Positions 18,116-26,570 of a stretch of 64,000 bases of DNA are shown one piece after another. Position 1 is the first letter of the stretch; each line of letters opens with the position of its first letter. The stretch lies in NCBI GenBank assembly GCA_905233895.1, contig CAJOFL010000019.1, positions 1,799 to 65,798 of the forward strand. The letters run 5' to 3'. Origin of the DNA: an uncultured Bacteroidales bacterium. GTDB taxonomy: Bacteria; Bacteroidota; Bacteroidia; Bacteroidales; P3. The translations under genes were made by a program, and so were the position numbers. The notes under the pieces are model-generated. The model ran no database searches, had not been told where the DNA came from, and saw only the letters and a list, made by a program, of their open reading frames with translations.

Positions 18116-18928
18116 TTAATGTGTTAGGTAAGTTTCTATTTGGTCGAGCTGGAGGGCTTTGTCGATGGTGTATTGCCCCACCTGTTCGCGGCGTAGGGCC
18201 GAAAGGAAGGCTCCGCTCCCAAGTGCCAGTCCGAAATCGCGGGCAATAGAGCGGATGTATGTGCCCTTTCCGCAGCGGATTCGGAAATCAACCTGTGGAA
18301 GGTGCTCCGGAACGGTACCCTGCGGGTTGTCGTAGAGTTTTGTTTTCTGAGTTTTCTGAATATTCGGATTATTCAGATTATTCGGATTATTCGGATTATT
18401 CAGATTATTCAGACCTTCCCTGAAGGCGGTTATCTCGAAGTTGTAGACTTGCACTGCTTTGGGTTGTATGGTCGCCGTAGAATCGTCGCGACGGGCATAT
18501 TCGTAGGCTCGTTGTCCGTCGACCTTCACGGCGCTGTACATCGGTGGTACCTGCATTATCTCACCTTCGAACCTGCGGCGTATCTCATCAATAAGGATAG
18601 GGTTTATATGTTCGTAGGGATAATAACTGTCGATAGCCTGCTCCAAATCATAGCAGGGGGTTGTGGCACCTAGCACCATAGTTCCGGTGTAAACCTTGTC
18701 ACCGTCCTGAAGTGAAGGTATCTCTTTAGTGGCTTTTCCGATGCATACTAGCAGAAGACCGGTCGCCAGTGGATCGAGAGTACCTGCGTGTCCTATCTTG
18801 AACTTCTTCAGACCATAGGCGTTGCGCACTAAAGCCTTTACCTTGTTTACCGCCTGAAAGGAGGTCCATTGGCGAGGCTTGTCGATGGGCAGCACTATGC
18901 CAGCCTGAAGTTGTTCAAGGGTAATCAC
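18116..18928 (-). CDS. truB: tRNA pseudouridine(55) synthase TruB with a low-complexity loop insertion
   Basis: Motifs [14 protein letters not shown] and [13 protein letters not shown]. The Asn/Pro-rich insert is encoded by 9-bp tandem repeats. Confidence 0.95.
   Translation of the reverse strand: MITLEQLQAGIVLPIDKPRQWTSFQAVNKVKALVRNAYGLKKFKIGHAGTLDPLATGLLLVCIGKATKEIPSLQDGDKVYTGTMVLGATTPCYDLEQAIDSYYPYEHINPILIDEIRRRFEGEIMQVPPMYSAVKVDGQRAYEYARRDDSTATIQPKAVQVYNFEITAFREGLNNLNNPNNPNNLNNPNIQKTQKTKLYDNPQGTVPEHLPQVDFRIRCGKGTYIRSIARDFGLALGSGAFLSALRREQVGQYTIDKALQLDQIETYLTH
18342..18413. repeat. In-frame 9-bp microsatellites inside truB: GTTTTCTGA x2, then ATTATTC(G/A)G x6
   Basis: Read directly from the sequence. 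On the minus strand it encodes [24 protein letters not shown]. Confidence 0.9.
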
Positions 18929-19731
18929 AGCACGTAGGGGAGGATAATAGTGGCTATACCCACCACTGCGCAGTAAAGTGCGAACCAGATGAGTTTGCCT
19001 TTCTTGACGATGTTAATCATCCACTTGCATGCCAGACAGCCGCATATAAAGGCGGCCAAGAATCCCACTATGAGCGACAGGGTAGGCAGGCCAGCCATTG
19101 CCTCGGACACTCCCATCTCAGCCATATCCTTTACGTCGAGCAGAGCCTCTCCGAGGATAGGCGGTATCACCATAAGGAACGAGAACTGGGCCAAGCGTTC
19201 CTTCTTGTTGCCAAGAAGGAGTCCAGTGGCGATGGTGCTACCCGAGCGCGAGAGGCCTGGAAGAACGGCCAATGCTTGTGCAATACCTATAATGAATGCA
19301 TGGAGTGGCGAAATGTTCTCACGCTGGCGTGGCTTCGCCCAGTAGCTGAAAGCCAACAGGGTCGCCGTAATCAGCAGGCAGATACCCACTACAAGCAGCC
19401 CGCTTCCGAAGATGGCTTCCACCTTGTCTTTGAAGAAGAGGCCCACGATACCGACGGGAATCATGGAGATGAGGATGTTGACGATATACTTAGTGCCTTC
19501 GTTCCATTTGAACTTGAAGAGGTCAGTGAAAAGCCACACGATTTCGCGCCAGAGTATCACTATGGTGCTCAGTACTGTAGCCACGTGGACAGCCACCGTG
19601 AATGTAAGGTTTTCCTCTCCACTTAGTCCGAAAAGGTTGGCCCCGATAGCCAGATGGCCGCTGGAACTGACTGGTAGATACTCGGTCAAACCTTGTATGA
19701 TGCCGAGTAATAATGCTTCAAACCATTCCAT
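18925..19731 (-). CDS. uppP: Undecaprenyl-diphosphate phosphatase
   Basis: Motifs [11 protein letters not shown] and [11 protein letters not shown]. Polytopic membrane protein, 268 aa. Confidence 0.95.
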   Translation of the reverse strand: MEWFEALLLGIIQGLTEYLPVSSSGHLAIGANLFGLSGEENLTFTVAVHVATVLSTIVILWREIVWLFTDLFKFKWNEGTKYIVNILISMIPVGIVGLFFKDKVEAIFGSGLLVVGICLLITATLLAFSYWAKPRQRENISPLHAFIIGIAQALAVLPGLSRSGSTIATGLLLGNKKERLAQFSFLMVIPPILGEALLDVKDMAEMGVSEAMAGLPTLSLIVGFLAAFICGCLACKWMINIVKKGKLIWFALYCAVVGIATIILPYVL

Positions 19732-19734
19732 AGA

Positions 19735-19983
19735 TTACTTCTTCTTCCCTTTGTACATGATAGCCACTATTTCGACTGCGAAGCCGAGTACAATAAGTAT
19801 GGGCGCTACGTAGAGGCGGCGAGTGTCGAACATAGCAGGGTTGAACACATTGGGGTCGTCGGAGCCGCCGCCGGCGAGAAGGATATAGCCTAATGCGAGC
19901 AGTATCAGGCCGACGCCCATGATGATATAGTTGACTTTGTTAAAGGCAAACTGGAAGCCTTTCTTTTCTTCGTTGTTTTCCAT
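19735..19983 (-). CDS. DUF3098-like small membrane protein
   Basis: 82 aa starting at the internal ATG (MENNEEKKGFQFAFNKVNY). Two TM segments. Lies next to ftsX, as is usual in Bacteroidota. Confidence 0.55.
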   Translation of the reverse strand: MENNEEKKGFQFAFNKVNYIIMGVGLILLALGYILLAGGGSDDPNVFNPAMFDTRRLYVAPILIVLGFAVEIVAIMYKGKKK

Positions 19984-19993
19984 TGTAGATTTT

Positions 19994-20848
19994 TTATTGT
20001 TTGTTGATATAACGGCGAACAGTGAAGGCTGTGGAGAGCCACGCAATCACTACGCCTGCGATGATTAATGCCGCGCCAATGGCACCGTACCACATCCAAT
20101 GTTCAGAGGCCAGAAGGTCGAGACCGAACTGGTTGGAGAATACCCAGATGGCAATCAGGGTAAGAATCGATGCCAGCAGTCCGCCCAATGCACCATAGGC
20201 CACGCTGCGCCACAGGAATGGACGAGAGATGAAGGCCATGTCGGCTCCAACGAGGCGCATAGTGCGGATGGTCTCACGCTGACCGTAGATGGCAATACGG
20301 ATGAGCGATGCGATGAGCACCACGGTGATGATGAGCAGCAGCACTACGAAAACGATAAGGAACCAAGTGAGTTTGTAGAATACCTCTCGTAGTTCGTTTA
20401 CCACGTTTTCCTGATAGGCTACGCCGGTCACTCCCTCCATTGCGCTCACTTCGCTGCAGAAACGGTCTAGCACTTGGCTGGAGTTATCGGGCAGAAGGGC
20501 TACATTGAAGTTGACCATCAGTGATGGGTAGAGTGGGTTGTACCCAATAAAACCAACGAAGTCCTCGCCGAGGTCTTCGCTGAATATCTCGGCGGCTTTA
20601 TCGCGAGAAATATAGTCCACATGCTTCACGTAGGTCATCTTTTCAACTTGTCCTTTGAGAGCGAGCGCGAGCGAGTCGCTAACGTCGGGCGAGAGGTCAA
20701 CCTTATAGGTGATGCGTTCCTGTGCGTCGTGGGTGAGGCGGTAGGAGTGGTATTCGAGGGTCAGCAACAAGCCCAGCATGAGCAGCACGAGGGTGATGCC
20801 CAGCACGGTGGCGGTGTGAGTGCCCCAGAGGTTTACCTTGTTCTTCAT
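19994..20848 (-). CDS. ftsX: Cell-division permease-like protein FtsX
   Basis: TM1, a large periplasmic loop, and a C-terminal three-TM FtsX domain. 284 aa. Confidence 0.8.
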   Translation of the reverse strand: MKNKVNLWGTHTATVLGITLVLLMLGLLLTLEYHSYRLTHDAQERITYKVDLSPDVSDSLALALKGQVEKMTYVKHVDYISRDKAAEIFSEDLGEDFVGFIGYNPLYPSLMVNFNVALLPDNSSQVLDRFCSEVSAMEGVTGVAYQENVVNELREVFYKLTWFLIVFVVLLLIITVVLIASLIRIAIYGQRETIRTMRLVGADMAFISRPFLWRSVAYGALGGLLASILTLIAIWVFSNQFGLDLLASEHWMWYGAIGAALIIAGVVIAWLSTAFTVRRYINKQ

Positions 20849-20853
20849 TGTAA

Positions 20854-21999
20854 TTAGTTGGCGAGCATTACAGGCATGACGAGCATTAGAATGTCGTCCT
20901 TCTTATTTTCTTCGACTTCTTCGGCATAGGGGAAGATGATGCCGGCGCGAGAGGGATGAGACATCTCAATGAGCACCTGGGCGGTGTCGAGGTTGGAAAT
21001 CATCTCGGTAAGGAACTTGGCGTTGAAGCCGATATCCATAGGTTCGCCCTCATACTGGCAGGGAATGTTCTCGTGGGCTTTGTTGGAGAAATCCAGATCT
21101 TCTGCCGAGATGTCGAGATGGTCGGCCGAGATGGAGAGTCGGACCTGACGGGTGGCTTCGCTGGCGAAGATGCTTACGCGGCGCAGGGTGTTGAGGAACG
21201 AGAGACGGTCGACAATCAGTTTGCGGGGATTGTCCTTGGGGATTGCGGCTTCGTAGTTGGGATAACGGCCGTCGACGAGGCGGCAGACAATATAGAAGTT
21301 GTCGAAGGTGATAAATATGTTGGTGCTGTTGTATTCAATGCGCACTTCGCTTTCTTCCTTGCGCGAAGCGAGGATGTTGCGCACAACGGAGATGGGTTTC
21401 TTGGGCAGGATGAATGAGGCGGGCTGTTCACAATGGACGTCGTTGCGACGATAGCGCACAAGTTTGTGGGCGTCGGTGGCCACAAAGGTGATACCATCGG
21501 GGTTCATGTCGCAGAAAATGCCTGACATCTGGGGGTGCATGTCGTCGTTGCTTGCAGCGAAGATGGTCTTGCCGGTGGCTTCGACGAGGGCTGAACTAGA
21601 GATGGTGATGCTTCCGGTAGCTTCGGCGGCTGGCATGGTGGGGAAGGTGTCTGCGTCGAGACCTGCAAGGCTGTATTCGCCGTCGCCCGACTGGAGGCTG
21701 ATGCTGTGGGTCGAGGGATCGACGTCAAAGGTGATGGGTACGTCGTCGAATGTCTTCATCACGTCGAGGAGCATTTTCGAGGGGATGGCCACCTCTTCGG
21801 CTTGCTCCATACGTCCGGTTTCCACGTCGAGGGTGGCCACGAGGGTGGTCGACAGGTCTGTGGTTTTCACCGTGAGACGGTTTTCCTCAAGATGGAAATG
21901 GTAGCATGCGATGATAGGCATGGTGTTGTTCGACGTGAGTACTCCGCCGAGTGACTGCAGCTGGCGGAGAAGCTGCTGGCTGTTGACGATGAATTTCAT
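20854..21999 (-). CDS. dnaN: DNA polymerase III beta sliding clamp
   Basis: MKFIVNSQQLLRQLQSLGGV N-terminus, three-domain length (381 aa), C-terminal LMLVMPVMLAN. Confidence 0.92.
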   Translation of the reverse strand: MKFIVNSQQLLRQLQSLGGVLTSNNTMPIIACYHFHLEENRLTVKTTDLSTTLVATLDVETGRMEQAEEVAIPSKMLLDVMKTFDDVPITFDVDPSTHSISLQSGDGEYSLAGLDADTFPTMPAAEATGSITISSSALVEATGKTIFAASNDDMHPQMSGIFCDMNPDGITFVATDAHKLVRYRRNDVHCEQPASFILPKKPISVVRNILASRKEESEVRIEYNSTNIFITFDNFYIVCRLVDGRYPNYEAAIPKDNPRKLIVDRLSFLNTLRRVSIFASEATRQVRLSISADHLDISAEDLDFSNKAHENIPCQYEGEPMDIGFNAKFLTEMISNLDTAQVLIEMSHPSRAGIIFPYAEEVEENKKDDILMLVMPVMLAN

Positions 22000-22034
22000 G
22001 TTTTTATCTTTTTATTTTTGTTTTTCTGAGGATG

Positions 22035-22042
22035 CAAAGATA
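22035..22042 (-). promoter_or_regulatory. Candidate -7 box TATCTTTG (minus strand) upstream of dnaN
   Basis: Reverse complement of caaagata, 36 nt upstream of the dnaN ATG. No clear -33 box. Confidence 0.5.
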
Positions 22043-22083
22043 CGAATTTTATTCCGGATAGGAGGCATTTATTTATTAACCGT

Positions 22084-22464
22084 TTAATCAACACTTACCT
22101 TGATGAACACGCCTTCAGGAAGGTCGAAGTCGGTATAGTGGAGCGAGCAGTTGGCTCGTGAGTATTTGTCATCGAGGTAGAAGCTGCCATGAATATGGTT
22201 GTCAATCCGGATTACGCGGTCGGGCTCGTAGAGTACGATGATGCCGTCAGCAGTTCCATCGTCGGTGGTGATGGTACCGCCGATGCTGTCGGGATATTCA
22301 AGCTGTACTACGTAGCCCATGTTATTGTCCAGATAGGAACCGGTGCATTGGCGCACATCAATTACCGTACCGGCGAACTCTATTTCGGGGTGTTTCACAC
22401 ATGAGGCCGCCAGTATTGCCATTATGGCAGTCAGCAGAAGTTTAGAAAAGACGGAGGGCTTCAT
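22084..22464 (-). CDS. Hypothetical lipoprotein
   Basis: Lipobox ILAASC after a signal peptide. 126 aa. No family recognised. Confidence 0.55.
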   Translation of the reverse strand: MKPSVFSKLLLTAIMAILAASCVKHPEIEFAGTVIDVRQCTGSYLDNNMGYVVQLEYPDSIGGTITTDDGTADGIIVLYEPDRVIRIDNHIHGSFYLDDKYSRANCSLHYTDFDLPEGVFIKVSVD

Positions 22465-23239
22465 TGAGCGATGTTTTTAGGTCGGTTGATTCTTTGCGTT
22501 GTCCGATAATGAGAGCACAGGGTACACCATAGTTGCCTGCGGGGAATTGTTTGTTGCGGGTGCCTGGGATTACCACCGAGCGGGGGGGTACGTAGCCTGT
22601 GTGGGTTACGGGCTCGGGGCCGGTCACGTCGATGATATGTGTCGAAGCGGTGAGCACTGTGCCTGCGGCAATCACCGCTTCGCGGCACACACGCACCCCT
22701 TCGACGATGATTGCACGGCTTCCGATGAAGCAGTGGTCCTCGATGATGACAGGTGCAGCCTGGAGAGGTTCGAGTACTCCTCCTATGCCCACGCCTCCGC
22801 TTAGGTGGACATGTTCGCCCACTTGGGCACAGCTACCCACGGTGGCCCATGTGTCGACCATGGTTCCGGCACCCACATGGGCGCCGATGTTCACGTAACT
22901 TGGCATAAGCACCACCGATGGCGCGAGGTAGGCTCCATAGCGCGCCACTGCCGGCGGCACGGCGCGAACGCCCAGTTGCTCGTAGCCACGTTTGAGGGGT
23001 ATCTTGTCGTAGTATTCGATTGGGCCGGCATCGATGGTGGTCATGCCGCGCAGACGGAAATAGAGCAGGATGGCCTGTTTGACCCATTGGTTGACGTTCC
23101 ATCCGCCTTCTTCAGCGGGTTCTGCCACACGGAGGTGACCTTTGTCGAGGGCTTCGACGGCAGCTTCGACGGCTTCGCGGTATTCGGTCTGCTGTAGCAG
23201 TTCCGGGTGACTGTATGCTTCTGTGATATGACGTTCCAT
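22442..23239 (-). CDS. dapD: 2,3,4,5-tetrahydropyridine-2,6-dicarboxylate N-succinyltransferase
   Basis: Hexapeptide-repeat LbH core, N-terminal helical domain, WVKQAILLYFR motif. Confidence 0.9.
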   Translation of the reverse strand: MERHITEAYSHPELLQQTEYREAVEAAVEALDKGHLRVAEPAEEGGWNVNQWVKQAILLYFRLRGMTTIDAGPIEYYDKIPLKRGYEQLGVRAVPPAVARYGAYLAPSVVLMPSYVNIGAHVGAGTMVDTWATVGSCAQVGEHVHLSGGVGIGGVLEPLQAAPVIIEDHCFIGSRAIIVEGVRVCREAVIAAGTVLTASTHIIDVTGPEPVTHTGYVPPRSVVIPGTRNKQFPAGNYGVPCALIIGQRKESTDLKTSLNEALRLF

Positions 23240-23252
23240 GATAGTTGTTATG

Positions 23253-26200
23253 TTATCTGATTAGCAGTATGGTGCCAGTGATGCTTTGTGGCCTGTCTGG
23301 ATGCATGGTGGTGTTGTACTCGGCTTTGTAGACGTAGGCTCCTTGCCGGCAATCGTTGCCGTTGAGGTCGCGACCATCCCATGAACCATCGATTCCCGAG
23401 TAGGTGTATACAAGGTTTCCGTGTCGGTTGTAGATCCAGACGTTGAGATTCTCTACCTGCATTCCTATGAGTTGCCACCGCTCGTTGGTTTCTTGGTTGG
23501 GCGTGAAGGCGTTGGGGGCGAAGAGGGTGGAGCGGTCAATACGGATAATGGTGATTGCGGTGTCGGCGCATTCGTCTTGGCTATAGGCAATGAGCCATGC
23601 TTCGACCGAGTCTTCGGCTTCTGGGTAGGTGAATGAGACGATTTTCTGATGGCTGGTCATGTCACCGACAATCCACATTCGGTCAATGTTGGCACGGCTT
23701 GCATCGCGCAGTTCGACCGTGAGATTCTCAGGAGTAGGTATGAGCGGCACTATCTTGGCGCGAGCCTCAAGGTTGAGGCCGCGCAGGTTGAGGTCTAGAG
23801 TGAGCAAGCTGTCACAGCCGTGGACGGTGGGGTGTCTATGGGTATAAATGCCGGACTGCATGTAGTGTACCCCGTCGAAGTCGATCCCTGACGAGGCGCA
23901 TACGGTATCGGTGAAGAAGGCATGATAGGTGGGCCATACGGTGAGATCGAGATGTACCAGGCTGTCACAGTTGTTGATGGTGGAGAGCAGTGCCGAGTGC
24001 TGGCCGGCGGTGGTGATGCGTTGTCCGCCGAGGACGTAGCTTTGGTTGTCGCATATCTCGGCTGCTATGGAGGTGTCATAGACAGGATATGTGTGCATCT
24101 GTAGCGTGACAACACTGTCGGCTCCGTGGATGCTGGTGAGGTTAAGCACCACGGTATCGGCACCGTTGAATTCCACTCCTTGCCAAGCGATGGGGAAGTG
24201 GTTGGCACATATTCCGGTGTCGACGGTCACATGGTAGTTGTTCCATACATGCAGGCTGTAGTGTACCGTGCTGTCGCAACCGTATTGGTTTGTGTGTAGG
24301 AAGATTGTATCGGTTGGACGGGAGAATACAGCACCGTCGAAAGTAACGGGCAATTGGTTTTGTACTACGGTGTCGGCCACGTCAACATAGTTATCTGGAT
24401 TGACGTGGAGGTTGAGGGTGATGATGCTGTCAGCTCCTTGGATGGTTTGGATGGTGATGATAACGGTGGTGTCGGTGCCGGCAGGCGATATGAGTCGACG
24501 GTGAAAGTTCAGCGGGAGTTCGTGTCGGCAGAGGGTGGTGTCAACCGTCGAGTAGGCGTTGTACCAGATATGAAGTGTGTAGTGTACCGTGCTGTCGCAT
24601 CCTTGGAGGGAGGCTAGGTTGAACACGGTGTCGGCCGGAGCCGTGAAGGTGGCTCCGTTGACGGTGACGGGCAACTGGTTCTCAACCACGGTATCGGCTT
24701 GCTGGACGTTATAGTCGGGGTTGACGTGCAGTTGGATTGTGACAGTGCTGTCGGCCCCGTGGCATTCAGTGAGCACGACGGATGCGGTAGTGTCGTTGGC
24801 GATGGGGTGGAGGCTCAATCCGTTGAAGAGGACAGGCAGTTGGTGTCGGCATACTGTGCTATCGACGGTGGTAGTTACGTTTGGCCATACGTGCAGCCGG
24901 AAGCGCACCGTGCTGTCGCAGCCTTCGCGATTGAGATAGGCAATTGTGGTGTCTTCGGCAGTGCCGAAGAGTTCACTTCCGAAGGCGAAGGGCAACTGGT
25001 TCTCGACGATGGTGTCGGTCAGGGTAAGAGTATCGTCGTCGTTTATGTGGAGCATGAGGGTTATGGCGCTGTCGGCTCCAAGCCATGTGTTGTAATATAT
25101 GGTGGCGGAGAAGTCGTCGGACTGCGGCGCGAGTTCCTGCATCTCGAAGGTGTATGGCAGCGTGTGGCGGCAGACAGTGTCGATTATTGTGTCGAATGTG
25201 TTGAAGCCAACAGTGAGAATCACAGTGATGTTGCTGTCGCATCCCGCAGTGGTGACGGTGTCGAGCATTATTGTGGCCTGTTCAACCTGTGGTGTTATCT
25301 GGTATCCGTTGAAGATGTAAGGGAAGTTGTTTTCGACAACGGTGTCGTGGTAGACGGTGTCGTGGTGATGGTTGACGGTGAAGTTGAGAACTGTGAGGCT
25401 GTCGCAGCCGTACTGCGAGAGGCCCTGGATATGTACCGTGTCGGAGGCAGTGTAGGTGGTGCCGAGGAATGTGAAACTTTCGCACACTGTGTCGTAGTCC
25501 ACACCCATGGCTGGGGTGCGCAGGTTTACATAGATTGTGGTGTCGACCGTATCGCCACATGAGTTGACTATCATCAGCGTGAACTGGACTGTGGTGTCGG
25601 CAGTGAGGTCGTCGGGAACATGGATGGTGAAGGTAGTGTCGTCAATCTGGGTGCTGTAGCCCGAGACAATGATTTTCTCATCAATCGAACAGGGTGAAGG
25701 GATGAGTGAGGGGTCGAGTGCCAGCTCCCATTCGAATACATATCCGTTGTCTTGGCTGAATCCGTCGATGACCTCGATATACCACTCGCCGTTGAGCGGA
25801 CAGCCAATGAGGTTGCTGAAGCTCTGGTCGGGATGGTAGAAATTGGTGTGGGCGGCCACGTTGCTTGAGTCGACAGTGGAGTGGGTGTGGGGTGGCGAAA
25901 AAAAGTGATTGATGCTCGAGATGGCATTTGCCGAGCGGTAGACGATGGCGTCGCCAGGTGCGTATGAATAGCCAGATGTGGTATTGTTGCTCCAGCAGTA
26001 GTTCCAGCCTATACCCGGTTGGTTCAATGAGGCAGTAGAGTCGCATTTGTTGCTTGCGCCATAGTCGTAGGCTTCGCCGAAGAAAGCACCGGTACTCATA
26101 TTGCTGCCGGAAAGCCAACCGTCGGAAGCGGCTGGAATGGGGCACGAGGAGTTGTTAGTGCCGCCGAACCGCATGATGTCGGCTTTCTGCCCGTTGGGGC

Positions 26201-26570
26201 AGGTGATGTTGATATAGATGTCGCCTATGTAGGAATGCTCCATGTTGAGGCGGATGTATTTTATGTCCTGCACCGAGGTGATGGTGGCACCGGTGGCGAA
26301 GTCAGTGAATGTGACCGGTGAACGGTAGGAACATCCTAGGGTGCCGCAAGGCATGCCATCGGGCAGGAAGATGCGGTCGCTGTGGCCGAGGGTGGCATGT
26401 CCGGTGTCAACCACTATGTTGAAGGAACTGTTGTAGCCGAAACTGACCATTGTGTCGGTGCCGGCACAGATATCGGTGGGGAAGTTGATGGACGTGAAGG
26501 ACTGGCTGAAGCCGGCGAGTGGCGTCAGGATGAGGGTCATCATCGTTGCTATGAGCCTGTTCAGTTTCAT
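23253..26570 (-). CDS. T9SS type-B-CTD surface protein (1105 aa): split P-domain-like N-terminus, about 14 G(C/A)DS modules, gliding-motility C-terminal domain
   Basis: Signal peptide. P-domain motifs HSYIGDIYINITCPNGQ and GEWYIEVIDGFSQDNGYVFEWELAL. C-terminus PNAFTPN...WIYNRHGNLVY...WDGRDLNGNDCRQGAYVYK...GTILLIR. Confidence 0.85.
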   Translation of the reverse strand: MKLNRLIATMMTLILTPLAGFSQSFTSINFPTDICAGTDTMVSFGYNSSFNIVVDTGHATLGHSDRIFLPDGMPCGTLGCSYRSPVTFTDFATGATITSVQDIKYIRLNMEHSYIGDIYINITCPNGQKADIMRFGGTNNSSCPIPAASDGWLSGSNMSTGAFFGEAYDYGASNKCDSTASLNQPGIGWNYCWSNNTTSGYSYAPGDAIVYRSANAISSINHFFSPPHTHSTVDSSNVAAHTNFYHPDQSFSNLIGCPLNGEWYIEVIDGFSQDNGYVFEWELALDPSLIPSPCSIDEKIIVSGYSTQIDDTTFTIHVPDDLTADTTVQFTLMIVNSCGDTVDTTIYVNLRTPAMGVDYDTVCESFTFLGTTYTASDTVHIQGLSQYGCDSLTVLNFTVNHHHDTVYHDTVVENNFPYIFNGYQITPQVEQATIMLDTVTTAGCDSNITVILTVGFNTFDTIIDTVCRHTLPYTFEMQELAPQSDDFSATIYYNTWLGADSAITLMLHINDDDTLTLTDTIVENQLPFAFGSELFGTAEDTTIAYLNREGCDSTVRFRLHVWPNVTTTVDSTVCRHQLPVLFNGLSLHPIANDTTASVVLTECHGADSTVTIQLHVNPDYNVQQADTVVENQLPVTVNGATFTAPADTVFNLASLQGCDSTVHYTLHIWYNAYSTVDTTLCRHELPLNFHRRLISPAGTDTTVIITIQTIQGADSIITLNLHVNPDNYVDVADTVVQNQLPVTFDGAVFSRPTDTIFLHTNQYGCDSTVHYSLHVWNNYHVTVDTGICANHFPIAWQGVEFNGADTVVLNLTSIHGADSVVTLQMHTYPVYDTSIAAEICDNQSYVLGGQRITTAGQHSALLSTINNCDSLVHLDLTVWPTYHAFFTDTVCASSGIDFDGVHYMQSGIYTHRHPTVHGCDSLLTLDLNLRGLNLEARAKIVPLIPTPENLTVELRDASRANIDRMWIVGDMTSHQKIVSFTYPEAEDSVEAWLIAYSQDECADTAITIIRIDRSTLFAPNAFTPNQETNERWQLIGMQVENLNVWIYNRHGNLVYTYSGIDGSWDGRDLNGNDCRQGAYVYKAEYNTTMHPDRPQSITGTILLIR

